A DNA stretch of 64,000 nucleotides from Leptogorgia sarmentosa (lineage: Eukaryota), in the NCBI GenBank assembly GCA_964658305.1, contig OZ210885.1, forward strand, positions 21,948,001 to 22,012,000, written 5' to 3'. This document shows positions 20,924 through 33,762 of this stretch, in pieces (within the stretch, counting starts at the first letter, position 1; each line of letters opens with the position of its first letter). The notes below the pieces were generated by a model, which searched no databases, was not told where the DNA came from, and was given only the letters and a program-made list of their open reading frames with translations. Made by a program: the position numbers and the translations under genes.

Positions 20924-23900
20924 TCGCACCAGCGAGTTGCAACTAACATGCGGGCTTGGGTAAGCGCAATTTTGACTTCTGATTGGTCAAAATCACGATT
21001 TACGTCATTGCGGATGGTAACGAGCCTTCATTTTTGCGTGCAAATCCTGTGGACAAAATGCGCGCTTAGCTAGCTTGCAGAGTGGCTTGCTTGCACCCAC
21101 TTGCACTCGTACGAAGGCTAATATACTACAGCGTGTTGGAGTTGATATTTGATACACGACCCCTTTGCAACTAACTACGCTCAAAACGCTGGATCCGGCC
21201 CTGCATAATTCTTTTGAACTTTTTAAAATTGTGATGACCTTCCAGATAAATCTTTTAAAAAAAGGAAAGCCTGTACAGGAAAGCAACACAATTTGGACAG
21301 GGAAACTTGTTTGTTTAGAGCTGGTCTAGATCACACCAATATAAACCAAAATAAGTTCGTACACAAAGATCCATGAGTAGATGAATTCTGAAGCTGAGCA
21401 CACTGGAAATAGTTTTTATAAATTCAGGTATCACTGACGAAATCAAACCATTAAGCTGCAATGGGCACTGATGCACCATAAAATATCTACGAAATTATTG
21501 GAAAGATTGATTTTGAAACTGGAAACTGAGAGTCTGTCTGCAAACTTGTCTAGCTGTATACTTCAGACACACTGAGTTACAAGCCATGGCAACATAAATG
21601 TGACCTCTGTTACAATTGTTAAAATGTGGCACACAAATAAATAAACACCTTAAGACTTCTTCTCTGACACATTGTAAACTTCTGTGATAGCAATGAGTAT
21701 TTCTCACTTAGGGCAATGCAAGATGAATATGGACAACAGCTTTGAATTTAAGATTTATGGTGAATTGGTTTTTTAAAGATAAACCATTTCTAGAGACCTG
21801 GATACATGGGCCTTATTATTCTTTACTATAGATTATTGTATGAAGAATTTTAATTGCAATTATAGCACATCAATTATTATGTATGTTTAATTTTGGAGAT
21901 GTTGATTTCTTCCTTGATTCACTGTGGATAAATTTTGCAGTAAAGAAGAATGAGATTATACAGTAGATATTTTATATATTAGGAGCTGTTTATATTTTGT
22001 AGCCTATTTGATAAGATTTTAGACTTCAGACAAATAGGACTTTGGACAAAACAGATTCAATCCCTTCCTTTTAAAACAGTTTTCAACAGTGCTTTGCTCA
22101 AGCATACATAATAGTTAGTGGTTATATATCTGCCAGGGTAATTCATCATCTTTTTTGCCCATTAAATCATGCAATTTGATAAAAATATACTAAAATCTTG
22201 TACATTATAGAATCCCCAGGGTCATAATGTCCCAGTCAATTCAAACTCTACTCATGTAATTCAGACCAACAAAGGGATGAGATTAAGGATAACATATAGC
22301 AGGACTTATTTATCATAATGACAAATATATTAAGAAAGCAATTTACAATTTCCATTATTTTTACATGATAAAATAGCAAGCTGCTATCAATAGTTAAATA
22401 CTGCTGTGAACAGAGCGCATAAGACCATTCTACTTTTAAGGTTTAGTGCTCAAATAATTTACAATTTACAAATTGACTTTGATAGAAACTTCATGCAATT
22501 TTCACAGAAGATGTGTTCCTCCAAACGAAATCGCCCGCTCCATGCAAGTGGTCCATTAATAACATCGGGTCAGGCTACCTTGACGGTCAGGTGTTCTTCG
22601 GTAATTATCTTCGGAAATACAATACTTAATACATTAGGTAATGTCGAGGGTCATTGGGGGACGATCGCCGCACGTTCAGAATTTTACGAACCTCCAGATA
22701 GCATGACCCTATGTTCTGAAGTGCTCTCCGCTGGGTACACCCGCTGAGCTATACTAAATTACTGGAGGAAGCACACAAACAAAGAGTGAAGCCAAAATTT
22801 CGTCATTTGCTGATGCCATTTCGATGACAACTGATCCTAAAACCTCACAGAATTATCACTGACCAGGGCTCGATTTATGAGCCCGCTACACTTCCACACC
22901 CCCCCCCCCAATTTTTTTTATAAAATGTCAGTTTTGCAGTGTTTTTTTCAGTTTGTTTCAACATATTTAGGCATTTTATTTATTTAGCGATAAATTTGCT
23001 CAAAGGACTGAAAATAAGATATGTTGTATATTCTATTATCTACGGTGAATGTTTAAAAAAATGTTAAAACCTCACGGAATGTTAAAAAAGACAGGCATCT
23101 ATATTTCGAAGTTGCACCGTGAAATTTCAAAACATACTAGGCAAATTCATAAATAGAAATGGCAGTATATTTATTAGTAAATATTATTTGTTAACTTGAG
23201 TGACCACAACTACTGCATTTTCAGTTTTCACATCTTCTGTGAAAATTGCATGAAGTTTCTATCAAAGTCAATTTCCTTCTTGCAAAAAGTTCCTGTCCCT
23301 TTTTGTAAATTATTTGAGCACTAAACCTTAAAAGTAGATGTGAAATGCCCTGCCAGTTTTTGAGTTAACGTTGTTCAAATCTGGCAAAGTTAATAAATAA
23401 ATAGATTTTGCAAAATCTATTGGCAAAGTCTTATGCGCTCTGTTCACAGCAGTATTTAACTATTGATAGCAGCTTGCTATTTTATCATGTAAAAATAATG
23501 GAAATTGTAAATTGCTTTCTTAATATATATGTCATTATGATAAATAAGTCCTGCTATATGTTATCCTTAATCTCATCCCTTTGTTGGTCTGAATTACATG
23601 AGTAGAGTTTGAATTGACTGGGACATTATGACCCTGGGGATTCTATAATGTACAAGATTTTAGTGTATTTTTATCAAATTGCATGGTTTGGTGGGCAGGA
23701 GGGGTGGTGAATTACCCTGGCAGATATATAACCACTAACTATTATGTATGCTTGAGCAAAGCACTGTTGAAAACTGTTTTAAAAGGAAGGGATTGAATCT
23801 GTTATTTTGTCCAAAGTCCTATTTGTCTGAAGTCCAAAATCTTTCAAGTAGGCTGCAAGCAGGCTACAAAATATAAACAGCTCCTAATATATAAAATATC

Positions 23901-26416
23901 TACTGTATAATCTCATTCTTCTTTACTGCAAAATTTATCCACAGTGAATCAAGGAAGAAATCAACATCTCCAAAATTAAACATACATAATAATTGATGTG
24001 CTATAATTGCAATTAAAATTCTTCATACAATGATCTATAATAAAGAATAATAAGGCCCATGTATCCAGGTCTCTAGAAGCGGTTCATCTTTAAGAAACCA
24101 ATTCACCATAAATCTTCAAAATTCAACGCTGTTGTCCATATTCATCTTGCATTGCCCTAAGTGAGAAATACTCATTGCTATCACAGAAGTTTACAATGTG
24201 TCAGAGAAGAAGTCTTAAGGGGTCTATTTATTTGTGTATATTTATTTTTAGTGCAAAGTTTCAAAGAAACTTTGCAGTATTGTGATGAGTGGGGAAAATT
24301 CACATCAGTCATCGAGTAATCGAGTCATCGAGTCATTCAGTCATAGTGTAAACTCCGGGGGGAGTGTCCCAATTTCTCTTGATGTGCGAAACTCCGTAGT
24401 GTACCGATGTCCTTTCAATTTTTAAGCAAAAATTATCCAATTGTAACGTTATACTATTGTTCATCATTGTTTGCAGCTATTTGTATGGATAGGAAATTTA
24501 ACTGGGGAAGTAATGTAATCTAAAATGCCTCGAGTTATAGTACACAATGCCGCAAAGCCCCTCCGGAATTTGGATTTTTGCGAAAATTGCAACTCAGCAC
24601 GTGTTCGTGGGATGAAATATTTGTGTAATACAATATGGCGGACGCTAAGGAGTGTGACATTGAATCAGTAATGTGGCCAAGTTTCAACAATGTTTGAGCA
24701 TGTTGCCAAAGCGGTTAAAATGTTATTTGAATATCTGCGATGAATCTAGAAAACAAGTATGGGTTGTCATGAACAAAAATAGCCGTAGCCCATACTATCA
24801 ACTGCTGCCGTGGATATTATAAATCTGCATACATTTTTTAGTTTGCCGTATTTGCCTTGAGGGTACACTTAATGCAGTAACACAGTAAACTCGTCGCAAC
24901 AAGAAAACCATAATTTTAAATCTTATTTAGTTCATACGATTGATATATAATGGTTGATATATTCGCTTCACACATTTATTTGAACGTGTTTGTTCCATTT
25001 GTTCTCGCCATAGTCCCAGCCTAGCTGTTATGGAAATATTCCCATTCATGTACTCCCAATGTAAAAGAATAATTTACTACAATCAAATTCAGCCAGTTGC
25101 TCGCTTTTGCCTTGTAATATATTTTAGTCGACTAAATAGACGACATGATTCATGATCATACTGATAGAAAATAGTCAACAGGACAACAGCTTCAGTAAGC
25201 TTGGGTTGCTTGTCTAGATTGTTTACATGATTAGTGGCGACTCAGGGATTCTTCAATTTCGCAGCAAGTAGAATTAACTATATATGTAGGCGAAGAAAAG
25301 TAAATTTAATGTTGGCCTAAAATTGTGAGTAGACTGAATTTCTATTACTACGCAGAGGTAGCCTACAGGTTATACATTTGTCGAGTATTGTATAATCACG
25401 CGTTCATTGTTACACTCCGTTTTATTATTATACCGTGAGGGTCAGAGGTCAGAGATTCAACGAAATACTGTCGAGCATGCGAAATTTGAACGTGCGGATT
25501 TTCTTTTTTGGCTATAAAATCTTTTAAATTATTTTATTATACTACATCAAGCTTTTCTTTGAGCTGATGTTACATGGAATGATTTTTAACGGCAATTCGG
25601 ATCACAACAGGGCCGAACAGGCCGCCAAGCGACATTAGCTTTAGCTCGATATCTTCGTAGAAACTTTGCACTATCCTTGGATTCCTAGTTTATTTATTTG
25701 TGTGCCACATTTTAACAATTGTAACAGAGGTCACATTTATGTTGCCATGGCTTGTAACTCAGTGTGTCTGAAGTATACAGCTAGACAAGTTTGCAGACAG
25801 ACTCTCAGTTTCCAGTTTCAAAATCAATCTTTCCAATAATTTCGTAGATATTTTATGGTGCATCAGTGCCCATTGCAGCTTAATGGTTTGATTTCGTTAG
25901 TGATACCTGAATTTAGAAAAACTATTTCTAGTGTGCTCAGCTTCAGAATTCATCTACTCATGGATCTTTGTGTACGAACTTATTTTGGTTTATATTGGTG
26001 TGATCTAGACCAGCTCTAAACAAACAAGTTTTCCTGTCCAAATTGTGTTGCTTTCCTGTAAGCACAGGCTTTCCTTTTTTTTTAAAAAGATTTATCTGGA
26101 AGGTCATCACAATTTAAAGTTCAAAAGAATTATGCAGGGCCGGATCCAACGTTTTGAGTGTAGTTAGTTGCAAAGGGGTCGTGTATCAAATATCAACTCC
26201 AACATGCTGTAGTATATTTGCCTTCGTACAAGTGCAAGTGGGTGCAAGCAAGCCACTCTGCAAGCTAGCTAAGCGCGCATTTTGTCAGCAGGATTTGCAC
26301 TCAAAAACGAAGGCTCGTTACCATGCGCAATGACGTAAATCGTGATTTTGACCAATCAGAAGTCAAAATTGCGCTTACCCAAGCCCGCATGTTAGTCGCA
26401 ACTCGCTGGTGCGACT
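20924..26416. repeat. Large foldback element with ~1.6-kb arms and a ~0.7-kb spacer
   Basis: 20924-22515 is the reverse complement of 23229-26414 once the insertions at 23344-23430 and 24246-25689 are removed. The left tip is fused to the truncated BEL LTR. Confidence 0.9.
24246..25689 (+). mobile_element. Non-autonomous Helentron (HINE-like) copy 1
   Basis: 5' TTTTAGTGCAAAGTT with hairpin and 8-mer microsatellite; 3' AACTTTGCACTA-TCCTTGGA-TTCCTAGT. It is absent from the other foldback arm. Confidence 0.85.
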
Positions 26417-29239
26417 TACTTTGTGGGCAGCACTTGAACTCGTTGTTAGGTTACATGTTTTGTTTATAGTTCACGTTCTCCGTGTGACCTTTGACTGGTG
26501 ACATGGAATATGATACTTCATTTAAGTAAAATTTAAATATGAAGTTTAAAAGATGGAAATCGTTCATTTTGTAATAAATATTTCGAAAATATTTGATTAT
26601 ATCTGGCGAATTAATCATTGAAAAATTATTTAAGAAATTATTGCAATAAATCAATAATCCTCTGGATTTTTTTACTACGTCCTGCGACGTATAAGACGTA
26701 TAGTCTGGATCCGCCCCTGGAATTATGTGTAAAGAATGGTATTTTATGCATATAAAAAATGAATGTTGACACTACTATTTCAAAATTAAAACCTGTCCAG
26801 GTGTCGCTGTTAAGAGTACTGAAAATGGTAGCACAACACATTCACTGGATTTCAAGATTTTGCTTTATTTATATTATAGGATTCACTGTGCTTTTTTACG
26901 TTTGCAGACTTCACAAAGTCGTAAACTTATAATATCTTTATTTGAAATAAAATAATTTAATGTACGAAGAGTTCAAACTGGAAATATAAATTTAAAACGA
27001 GTGCTATTGAATAAAGACGATGCGATGAAATACTACGAATATGAAATCAATATGAAATATATGATTGGATACTTCCCTAGCATTTAAGCACTATTTGGCA
27101 AATTCACCAGACAGGCAGATACGAGAGCTGCTTTTATATATTGCATGGCATTTGAAGTGTATTTATATAATCTAATCATCGCCGATTTTCAGAACATGAC
27201 TTATCATGACAATCCAACACCTAAGCCCTAAACTCTGCAAGTGAGACTTCATAAATTATAACATTACAAAACAAGTCTTTACTTGCATTACCATTGTGGT
27301 AAATATTGTTGCCAGATCTGATATCTACATTTGATGCATTGGTAATATGCAATTCACACCTCATGGGTGATTTGTTCAGACAATATAAAATCAATATATG
27401 TACATGTATATAATGATTCAAGTATGCAGCCTTGTTTGTGATGTTGAGGCAATCTTTTTCAAGAAAAATACAGGATATAGGTTTATAACACATTGTGAAA
27501 TATACAGGTTGGGCTTTCTCATTTTGATCCTCTCCACACACATCAGGACAAAAATGCTCTTTATATATGTCTATCCCTCACAGTATGCTACTCCAAACAT
27601 GACAAAATATCAAGTTCATATATTTACATCAATGAATTCATTTTTGCAACAAGTCTCGTCATTTTACTATCAACTTGTTCGTTTTTGATATTAGGTTTAA
27701 TATTTTACACTCATGTTGTGCAAAATATTTTTATATCAAGTTATGAACTTCATTTTGTGTTATATCAAGTATTGCACATTTTTATAAATCAAGTTTGCTC
27801 AGATATTTTTATATCAAGATGGGAGAGGATTTATTTTGATTATGATTCTAAACCAGGGGGAGATCAAAACGGGAAAATGATTTCTTCCACTATGGGGGGA
27901 ACGGTTTACGTACATAACATGCTAGCCGGGGGGGGGGGGACCGAGAGTGCTCATGCCCATGTGTGAAACAGCCAAAGTGGAAATCGGTTATTAGGCGCAA
28001 AATATGGCCGAACAAAACGTGAGTATTGAGAACCTTGTCCGACGAATTTTGACTTCAGTTCAAGAAGTACCCCAACAGACATCTGTAAGAAGTACACCTG
28101 AAGGTTCTGGGAGTTGAAGTGAGCCTGTGAATTCGCCTGTTGTTTCTCTGGCGCAACAGTATAATCCCAGCTAAAATTATGGCTACACAAATTATAACAG
28201 CAATAATAGAAGGTTTGTTCTGTTTACATATGTTAAAATTTTAAATTAGTTACGATTTTCGGGGTTTTTTGTATACCAATTTAACCACTGTAAAATAATG
28301 TAGCGTCACTGATTCAGCAAAATTAGATTTTTCGATCCCAAAAACTTGAAAATAAGTACAGACACAAAAACCTATCACCTACAGAGACAGCATGCCAAAA
28401 TTAGTATAACTGCAAAGTTTGAAGAACAAATATCATAAAATGGGAATATTATGGCCAGGCAAAGTATGCTGATTTTGTTTATTGTGTTTGCACAAGCACC
28501 CATTTTAGCAAAGGTAGCCGAGTAAATATGCGTGTGTGTTATTTACATCAGCAATTATCGTGAAAGATTTTAATAATTTTAACAATAATACTTAGAGTGC
28601 AAAGAAGAAGTATGTCAAGTCCATATATGCGCAATTGCAATCGGAGGAGTGCTTCCAACTATACTTCCAATTCATCAACTACGACCGCATCTAAAGTAGC
28701 AACCACAGCTATGAAGGAGGTTATTCTGTTGAAAAAGCCTTGTGACAGGGAAGTTCCAAAATATGGGAAAAAGTCAGAAATATACCGAACAGGGTACATA
28801 ATGGATGCTGTGGAAATTGATAGGAATTGGTCTGAGCAGGAGATGAGGACTAGACTTGCAACCATATTTGCAGATAAACTAAAATCTAAAGGGTTATTAT
28901 TTGAAGGGGAAAATTGGGGATGGATTTGGCATGAATATTTGGGTGGGGTAGCACTCAAAATCAATAAAGGGGGTTTGTAGGCATACAAAAGAAATGTAGT
29001 TGCTCACTGAAGGAATTAATTATTTTAAGCTGCATGGTGCATATTTAAATGAGTTGTCACCATTATGTTCTTACTGGAATGCAGAGTGAATACTTGAACA
29101 GCTTTTTTTTCTATGTGTAGCTTTGATTACCACACCCTCAAAATTCAAGCCAACGTACCCGATCTACAAACCCAAACTGCCTACAATTTCAGACTTCAGC
29201 ATGCAAAACATCTACCTATCAAAAATCATATCTAATAAG

Positions 29240-29774
29240 GACTACTAGAGTCTGGAACACACTGCCAATGGATTTAACTATTAACAGTATGGCAACTTTA
29301 AAGGAGTTTAAAAATAAGTTACTAAGCTATTATAAAACGGCACTAGATAAATGTTATGACGCTGACGATCCACGAACATGGAAATCGGTTTGCTTAAAAT
29401 GCAACCAAGCTCGCAACTTGATAAGGCTGATAATGTGTTGCTTTTAGATTTAGTTTTCAGAAGTACCTTTTCACATTGGTATCTATGCGGCCTATTCAAG
29501 GTTTTGCCGCCTATTCAAGGTTTTGCCGAAGGTTTAGGATCGTGAAGGTTTGAACGTCTTCTAATCCAGACTGCTTCCTAAATGGAAGTGGTTCTGCGGG
29601 TCGCAATGTGAAAAGTTGCATCTGATAGTTCGTTAGTAATTAATTCTTTCTATGTACGTATATAGTGTATTTGTCTAACATTTAGGGATCGCAGTAATTG
29701 GCGCAAGCTGTTGCGAATGCCCTGCCAGTTTTTGAGTTAACGTTGTTCAAATCTGGCAAAGTTAATAAATAAAT
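29240..29774 (+). mobile_element. 3' fragment of a CR1/L2-type LINE
   Basis: Reads TRVWNTLP...FKNKL...YDADDPRTWKSVCLKC, then a 3' UTR ending in (AATA)n. Confidence 0.7.
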
Positions 29775-29986
29775 AGATTTTGCAAAATCTATTGGCAAAG
29801 TCCTTCACGACATCAACCTGCCACAAGGAACGGAAGTGACAGGAAAGACATTGTTGAGCATAGTGAGGCAGGGGCCTATATATTTGTTGCCTAAGGAGGC
29901 ACTGGTAAGTGATATGATAGTTGTCTGATCATGTGACTGTATGATGTTATAATGTACTCAGGTGCAGAATGTTACTGTGATGTTAC

Positions 29987-30040
29987 TGGCCTCGGTGGGA
30001 ATGGAGCCCGCGACCTTTGGTTTACTAGTCCAATGCTCTA
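29987..30040 (-). repeat. tRNA-derived SINE head fragment
   Basis: Minus strand TAGAGCATTGGACTAGTAAACCAAAGGTCGCGGGCTCCATTCCCACCGAGG: partial A box, anticodon arm and degenerate B box; the 5' end is missing. Confidence 0.6.
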
Positions 30041-30485
30041 AAGAAGGTACTGCTATACCAAAGTTTCTTCATTTCTGAAAATGATCATCTTTATAAAAAA
30101 TGAAGAAATATTATTTTGACTAGAGTGTTTGGGGGGAGGGTGTGTATATTTCTATATTTACAGATTTGTTGTGAATTATATGAATATATGAATATGTACA
30201 GGGGTATATATTCATATAATTCACAACAAATCTATGAATATATGAATAGATACTCCAATTAACAATCTAGTTTTAACCATAATTTTGCCTCTTAAACAGT
30301 TGATAACCTTGGCCAGCTATCATCAATGTTTCCAAACATGAGCAAGGAACAAGTGGAACAAAAGTATCAAGCTTGTGGCTGTGATATTCATCGTACAATT
30401 GCAGTTGTTTTAGATGACAGTAATGACGGTAAATATATCATAGGATGAGTGGATCTAAGTTTGTTTAAACTTCATCTTGCAATAT

Positions 30486-30699
30486 AGCCTGCCGCACACG
30501 AGAGCTATCTGCTGAGCTGGCAGTCACCCGTGCCTATTAGCATAGGCAAAATCCCCCTGTATGCAGCAAAATTTTGAGAGATTTTCGTCACATGTGCCAA
30601 AAACCTTTCAAAATTTTGCCGCACACAGGAGCATTTTGCTTACGGCAATAGGCACGAGTGACTGCCAGCTCAGCACATAGCTCTCTGGTGCGGCAGCCT
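30486..30699. mobile_element. Harbinger-type (Tourist-like) MITE
   Basis: Long imperfect TIRs AGCCTGCCGCAC..GTGCGGCAGCCT with a 3-bp TSD TAT. Confidence 0.75.
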
Positions 30700-32886
30700 T
30701 ATGGGAGCATGAATCAGTTAAAATTTCATTCTTGTTTGAAAATTGCTTTGTATGAATAGCTTGAAAGAATGAAACAAAATCGATGGTTGAATGTCAGAAT
30801 TGTTATTCCTTTTCTAGTTATTGGTGCAGGTGTTGGTCGTAATGTTGCTGATAATGCTGATAACATGCCTAGGGATTGTGATGACAATGTTACAGAGAAT
30901 ATGCTATTGAACATCACACAAATGTCACCATTACAGGCAGTCACTGTATTTAGAAATCAAGCTGTTGACCACAATGCGATAGAACAGCGTATTGTAGCTA
31001 GTCGCAATTCATCTCTAATATTACGAACAATGTTCCGACTGTTAAAATCTGGAAATTTCAACTTGCAAGCAAAAGCAGACGTTGTTTTCTCGGATGAAGC
31101 AGGTATTGATGCTCATGGGCTGACAAGAGAACTTTGCCATATGGTCATGGCATCTTTGAGAGATGGCAAGGGTGGTATTTCGCTTTTTGAAGGAAAGATT
31201 GGCCATTTGATACCTATTCACAGCCAGGAATATGTTGCCTCCAAGTATTTTGTATATACAGGGAGATTGATTGCCCACTCCATCATACATGGCGGCTTTG
31301 GTCTAGTGGGATTGTCGAAAGCCATCATCGAGTACCTTATTGAAGATGACATGCAAAGTTGTTTGACTTTCTTGTCTGTTGAGGATATTCCCGATCTTGA
31401 TATGATATACAGAAGAAAATTAGAGAGGTAATGTTAATGCAGTTTCCTGTACAAGGAAAAAATGGTAAGTTAGTTCCTTTCACCGGTGAGCAGTGCCTTT
31501 TTTACCCAGTAACATCTTAGTCTAAAACAAGCAGTAGAAATATCTAATGCATGGGAAATGTATGAACTGGCTTGTCCTAAACAATGTCGCTAGAAAGCAC
31601 ATCCTGTGTTATGTTCTCATGAATTTGATATGCAGTACTAAGCATGTTCTCTATCTTTTAGATACAGGAAGCAGAAACAGAGGATGCATTGAGCAATGTA
31701 GTTACGAAAGATGATGTCTTGCTGCTACTGGCACAGGCAGGTTTCGGAAATGAACTTGTCACTTTGAAGAATAAACACAGAGCTTGCCAGTGTTTAATAA
31801 TTCATGTAGTGTTCAAAGCAAGAAATGAAGAGTTGAAGCAGTTACGGGAAGGTCTGGAAAGTGTCTCCTTGTTGCGATTTTTACGAATGTGTCGCAGCTG
31901 CACTAAATATGTTTTTCCTTCAACGAATTATGTAAAGCTGACCGCTCTGATGTTATCAACTTAATCAACAAACAATGGTTGATTAGTCTCGTTGGTGAAG
32001 AGAAAGAAGTAATGAATTGGTTCCAACAATATATCAGCAAAACTGAACAAGGCGACACCAATCCTGGTAATACATATTTATGTCGATTATAATGCAGTTT
32101 TGAGTAGAAAACTGTTTGTGCACGGCCATTCACAATGAAATCTCTTAAGGTTTTCAGCAATCCCTGGTTGTTAGATAATTTTTCAGTACACTACATGGGA
32201 TCAAATGACTTTATCACCCTGCCCCCCATACGCATCATTGGGTGGCGGATATTCAAATTATAAGATTTCAACATTTAATATGTGCCCTCACTATATGTTA
32301 TACATTTTTAATTTTAGGGGCGTGCCAATCAATCCAGCAAAGCGAAAGTGTATTATCAGGTCTTTCTTCTCTAAGTGAAGTTATACAGTTCATCGCTGGG
32401 CACCCTTACCTCCCATCAACAATGTTAAGAATTTCGTTCTTGTCCAGTTCTAGTGCCATCTATCCTGATTCCTGCTTTTACTGTATTCAGTTACCTCTTT
32501 GTCACAAAAGTTATAATGAGTTTCGAAGAGCAATGAATGTAGCAATTTCTTCTCAATACCAGGGATATGGACGAGGCTAATTTGTACAATCCAAGGGTGA
32601 AAAAGTACTACGTCAAGACATGAAGATTGAAGATGTTTCTGAACTGCAGAATTATTACTAAAAAAAATTAAGAATAGTTTTGTTTGATTGTTTTGTTGCA
32701 AGGCATGATTTGTATACAGATTTAGTTAAACTATGGGTTAGATGGGTTAAGGACATCATTGTGTTGCAAACTGCCAAAAATGACATTCATTGAATAATGG
32801 CATTACTCATCTGTTTATATTTATCATATTAAAAGTTACATCTATTTAAGTACTTACACTAAAATCTTTTTTACATATGTCTGCAT

Positions 32887-33762
32887 TTACAATTTAATCA
32901 ATACTGTGTACCCACATTGTTCAAATGCTTGCAGAGCTGCAATATATGAGGTAATTCCATTCTCATCTGGTGGGATTAAGGTGACTGCTTGTTGAATAGT
33001 TGTTTCATCTTCAGCCGACAGTTGTATGGTGGACTGTGGAACAGTTACTACAGGTGGATGCAAGGTAGGAACAGGACCTTCTTCCTCAATACCAAAATCT
33101 TCAGAGTTGACAGAATTGTTGCATATGACATCTTGTACCGTAGTTAGGTTTGAATTTCTCAGTTCCAACAATCAACAAACAGAGTTTCCTGTAATAATGC
33201 TACCTCTATTCAATCCTCTTATGTTTACCATGAATCTGGCCACGTCTATGTTTTCAAGGCCCATGTCACTTCGGACCCTTGAGCGAATGTTGTATGCTGT
33301 TGTTGCCTCCACAAAAAGTTGCAAAACAGTATCTGCTCGGTTATTGGTCGATGCTTTTAAAAAAACTATTAGCCTTGAAAAACCATCAATACCACTGTGT
33401 ATAACAAAACGGTATGGTGCAATAAGCTTGTGTATAACAAACTGTATGGTGCAATTTTCTTTAAAGTTTGTTTCGATAAATGTTCACACCGGGCGATTTG
33501 TTGCTTGAATCTATCGCTGTTGGTGATTGTTCATAACACTTACCACAAAGAATTAGGACCAGGCACTCTATATGTTCGTCGGATGATTCTCCGAGACTGT
33601 CATAGAGCTGAAGTTATTGGATCAAGGCGTCTCAAACTTTCCAGCACTCTTTGTCGTTGTACTCGTAATCCTCTTGATCTGAGTGCTCCTTGGACCAATC
33701 CAACACCAGATTGTGGTGTGATTGACAATATTTCCTGAACAAGGGTGTCTAATTCATTGTCT
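32887..33762 (-). pseudogene. 3' part of the IS3EU #2 transposase
   Basis: DNELDTLVQEILSITPQSG...YRVPGPNSLW, HSGIDGFSR, RSDMGLEN, ITGNSV; a deletion then removes the NQRIE motif. Confidence 0.85.

Larger units (their letters stand above)
3154..27077. mobile_element. Long-TIR element X, Mutator/foldback-like, inserted in the left arm of Y
   Basis: Ends GGGAAGTATCC..GGATACTTCCC. 3154-3525 joined to 12483-12680 is the reverse complement of ~26505-27077. AGCATT is near both flanks (degenerate TSD), and Y-arm homology resumes after 27077. Confidence 0.65.
28004..32580 (+). pseudogene. Multi-exon HECT-type E3 ligase gene of IS3EU #2 (ubiquitin-like domain, CUE-like domain, HECT), damaged
   Basis: Approximate exons 28004-28212, 28597-28890, 29777-29904, 30300-30428, 30818-31428, 31661-32068, 32318-32580. 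Motifs FSDEAGIDAHGLTREL, GRLIAHSIIHGG, QFIAG..SCFYCIQLP..QGYG. Early stop and frameshifts are present. Confidence 0.8.

Noticed and set aside
27685..27966. Hydrophobic ORFs duplicated at 56202-56504
   Set aside because: They are translations of the IS3EU #2 TIRs.
29987..30040. Functional tRNA gene
   Set aside because: The acceptor stem and 5' end are missing and the B box is degenerate; it fits a SINE fragment.
30149..30248. Hairpin as a possible pre-miRNA
   Set aside because: AT-rich intronic palindrome, more simply a tiny MITE remnant; there is no expression evidence.
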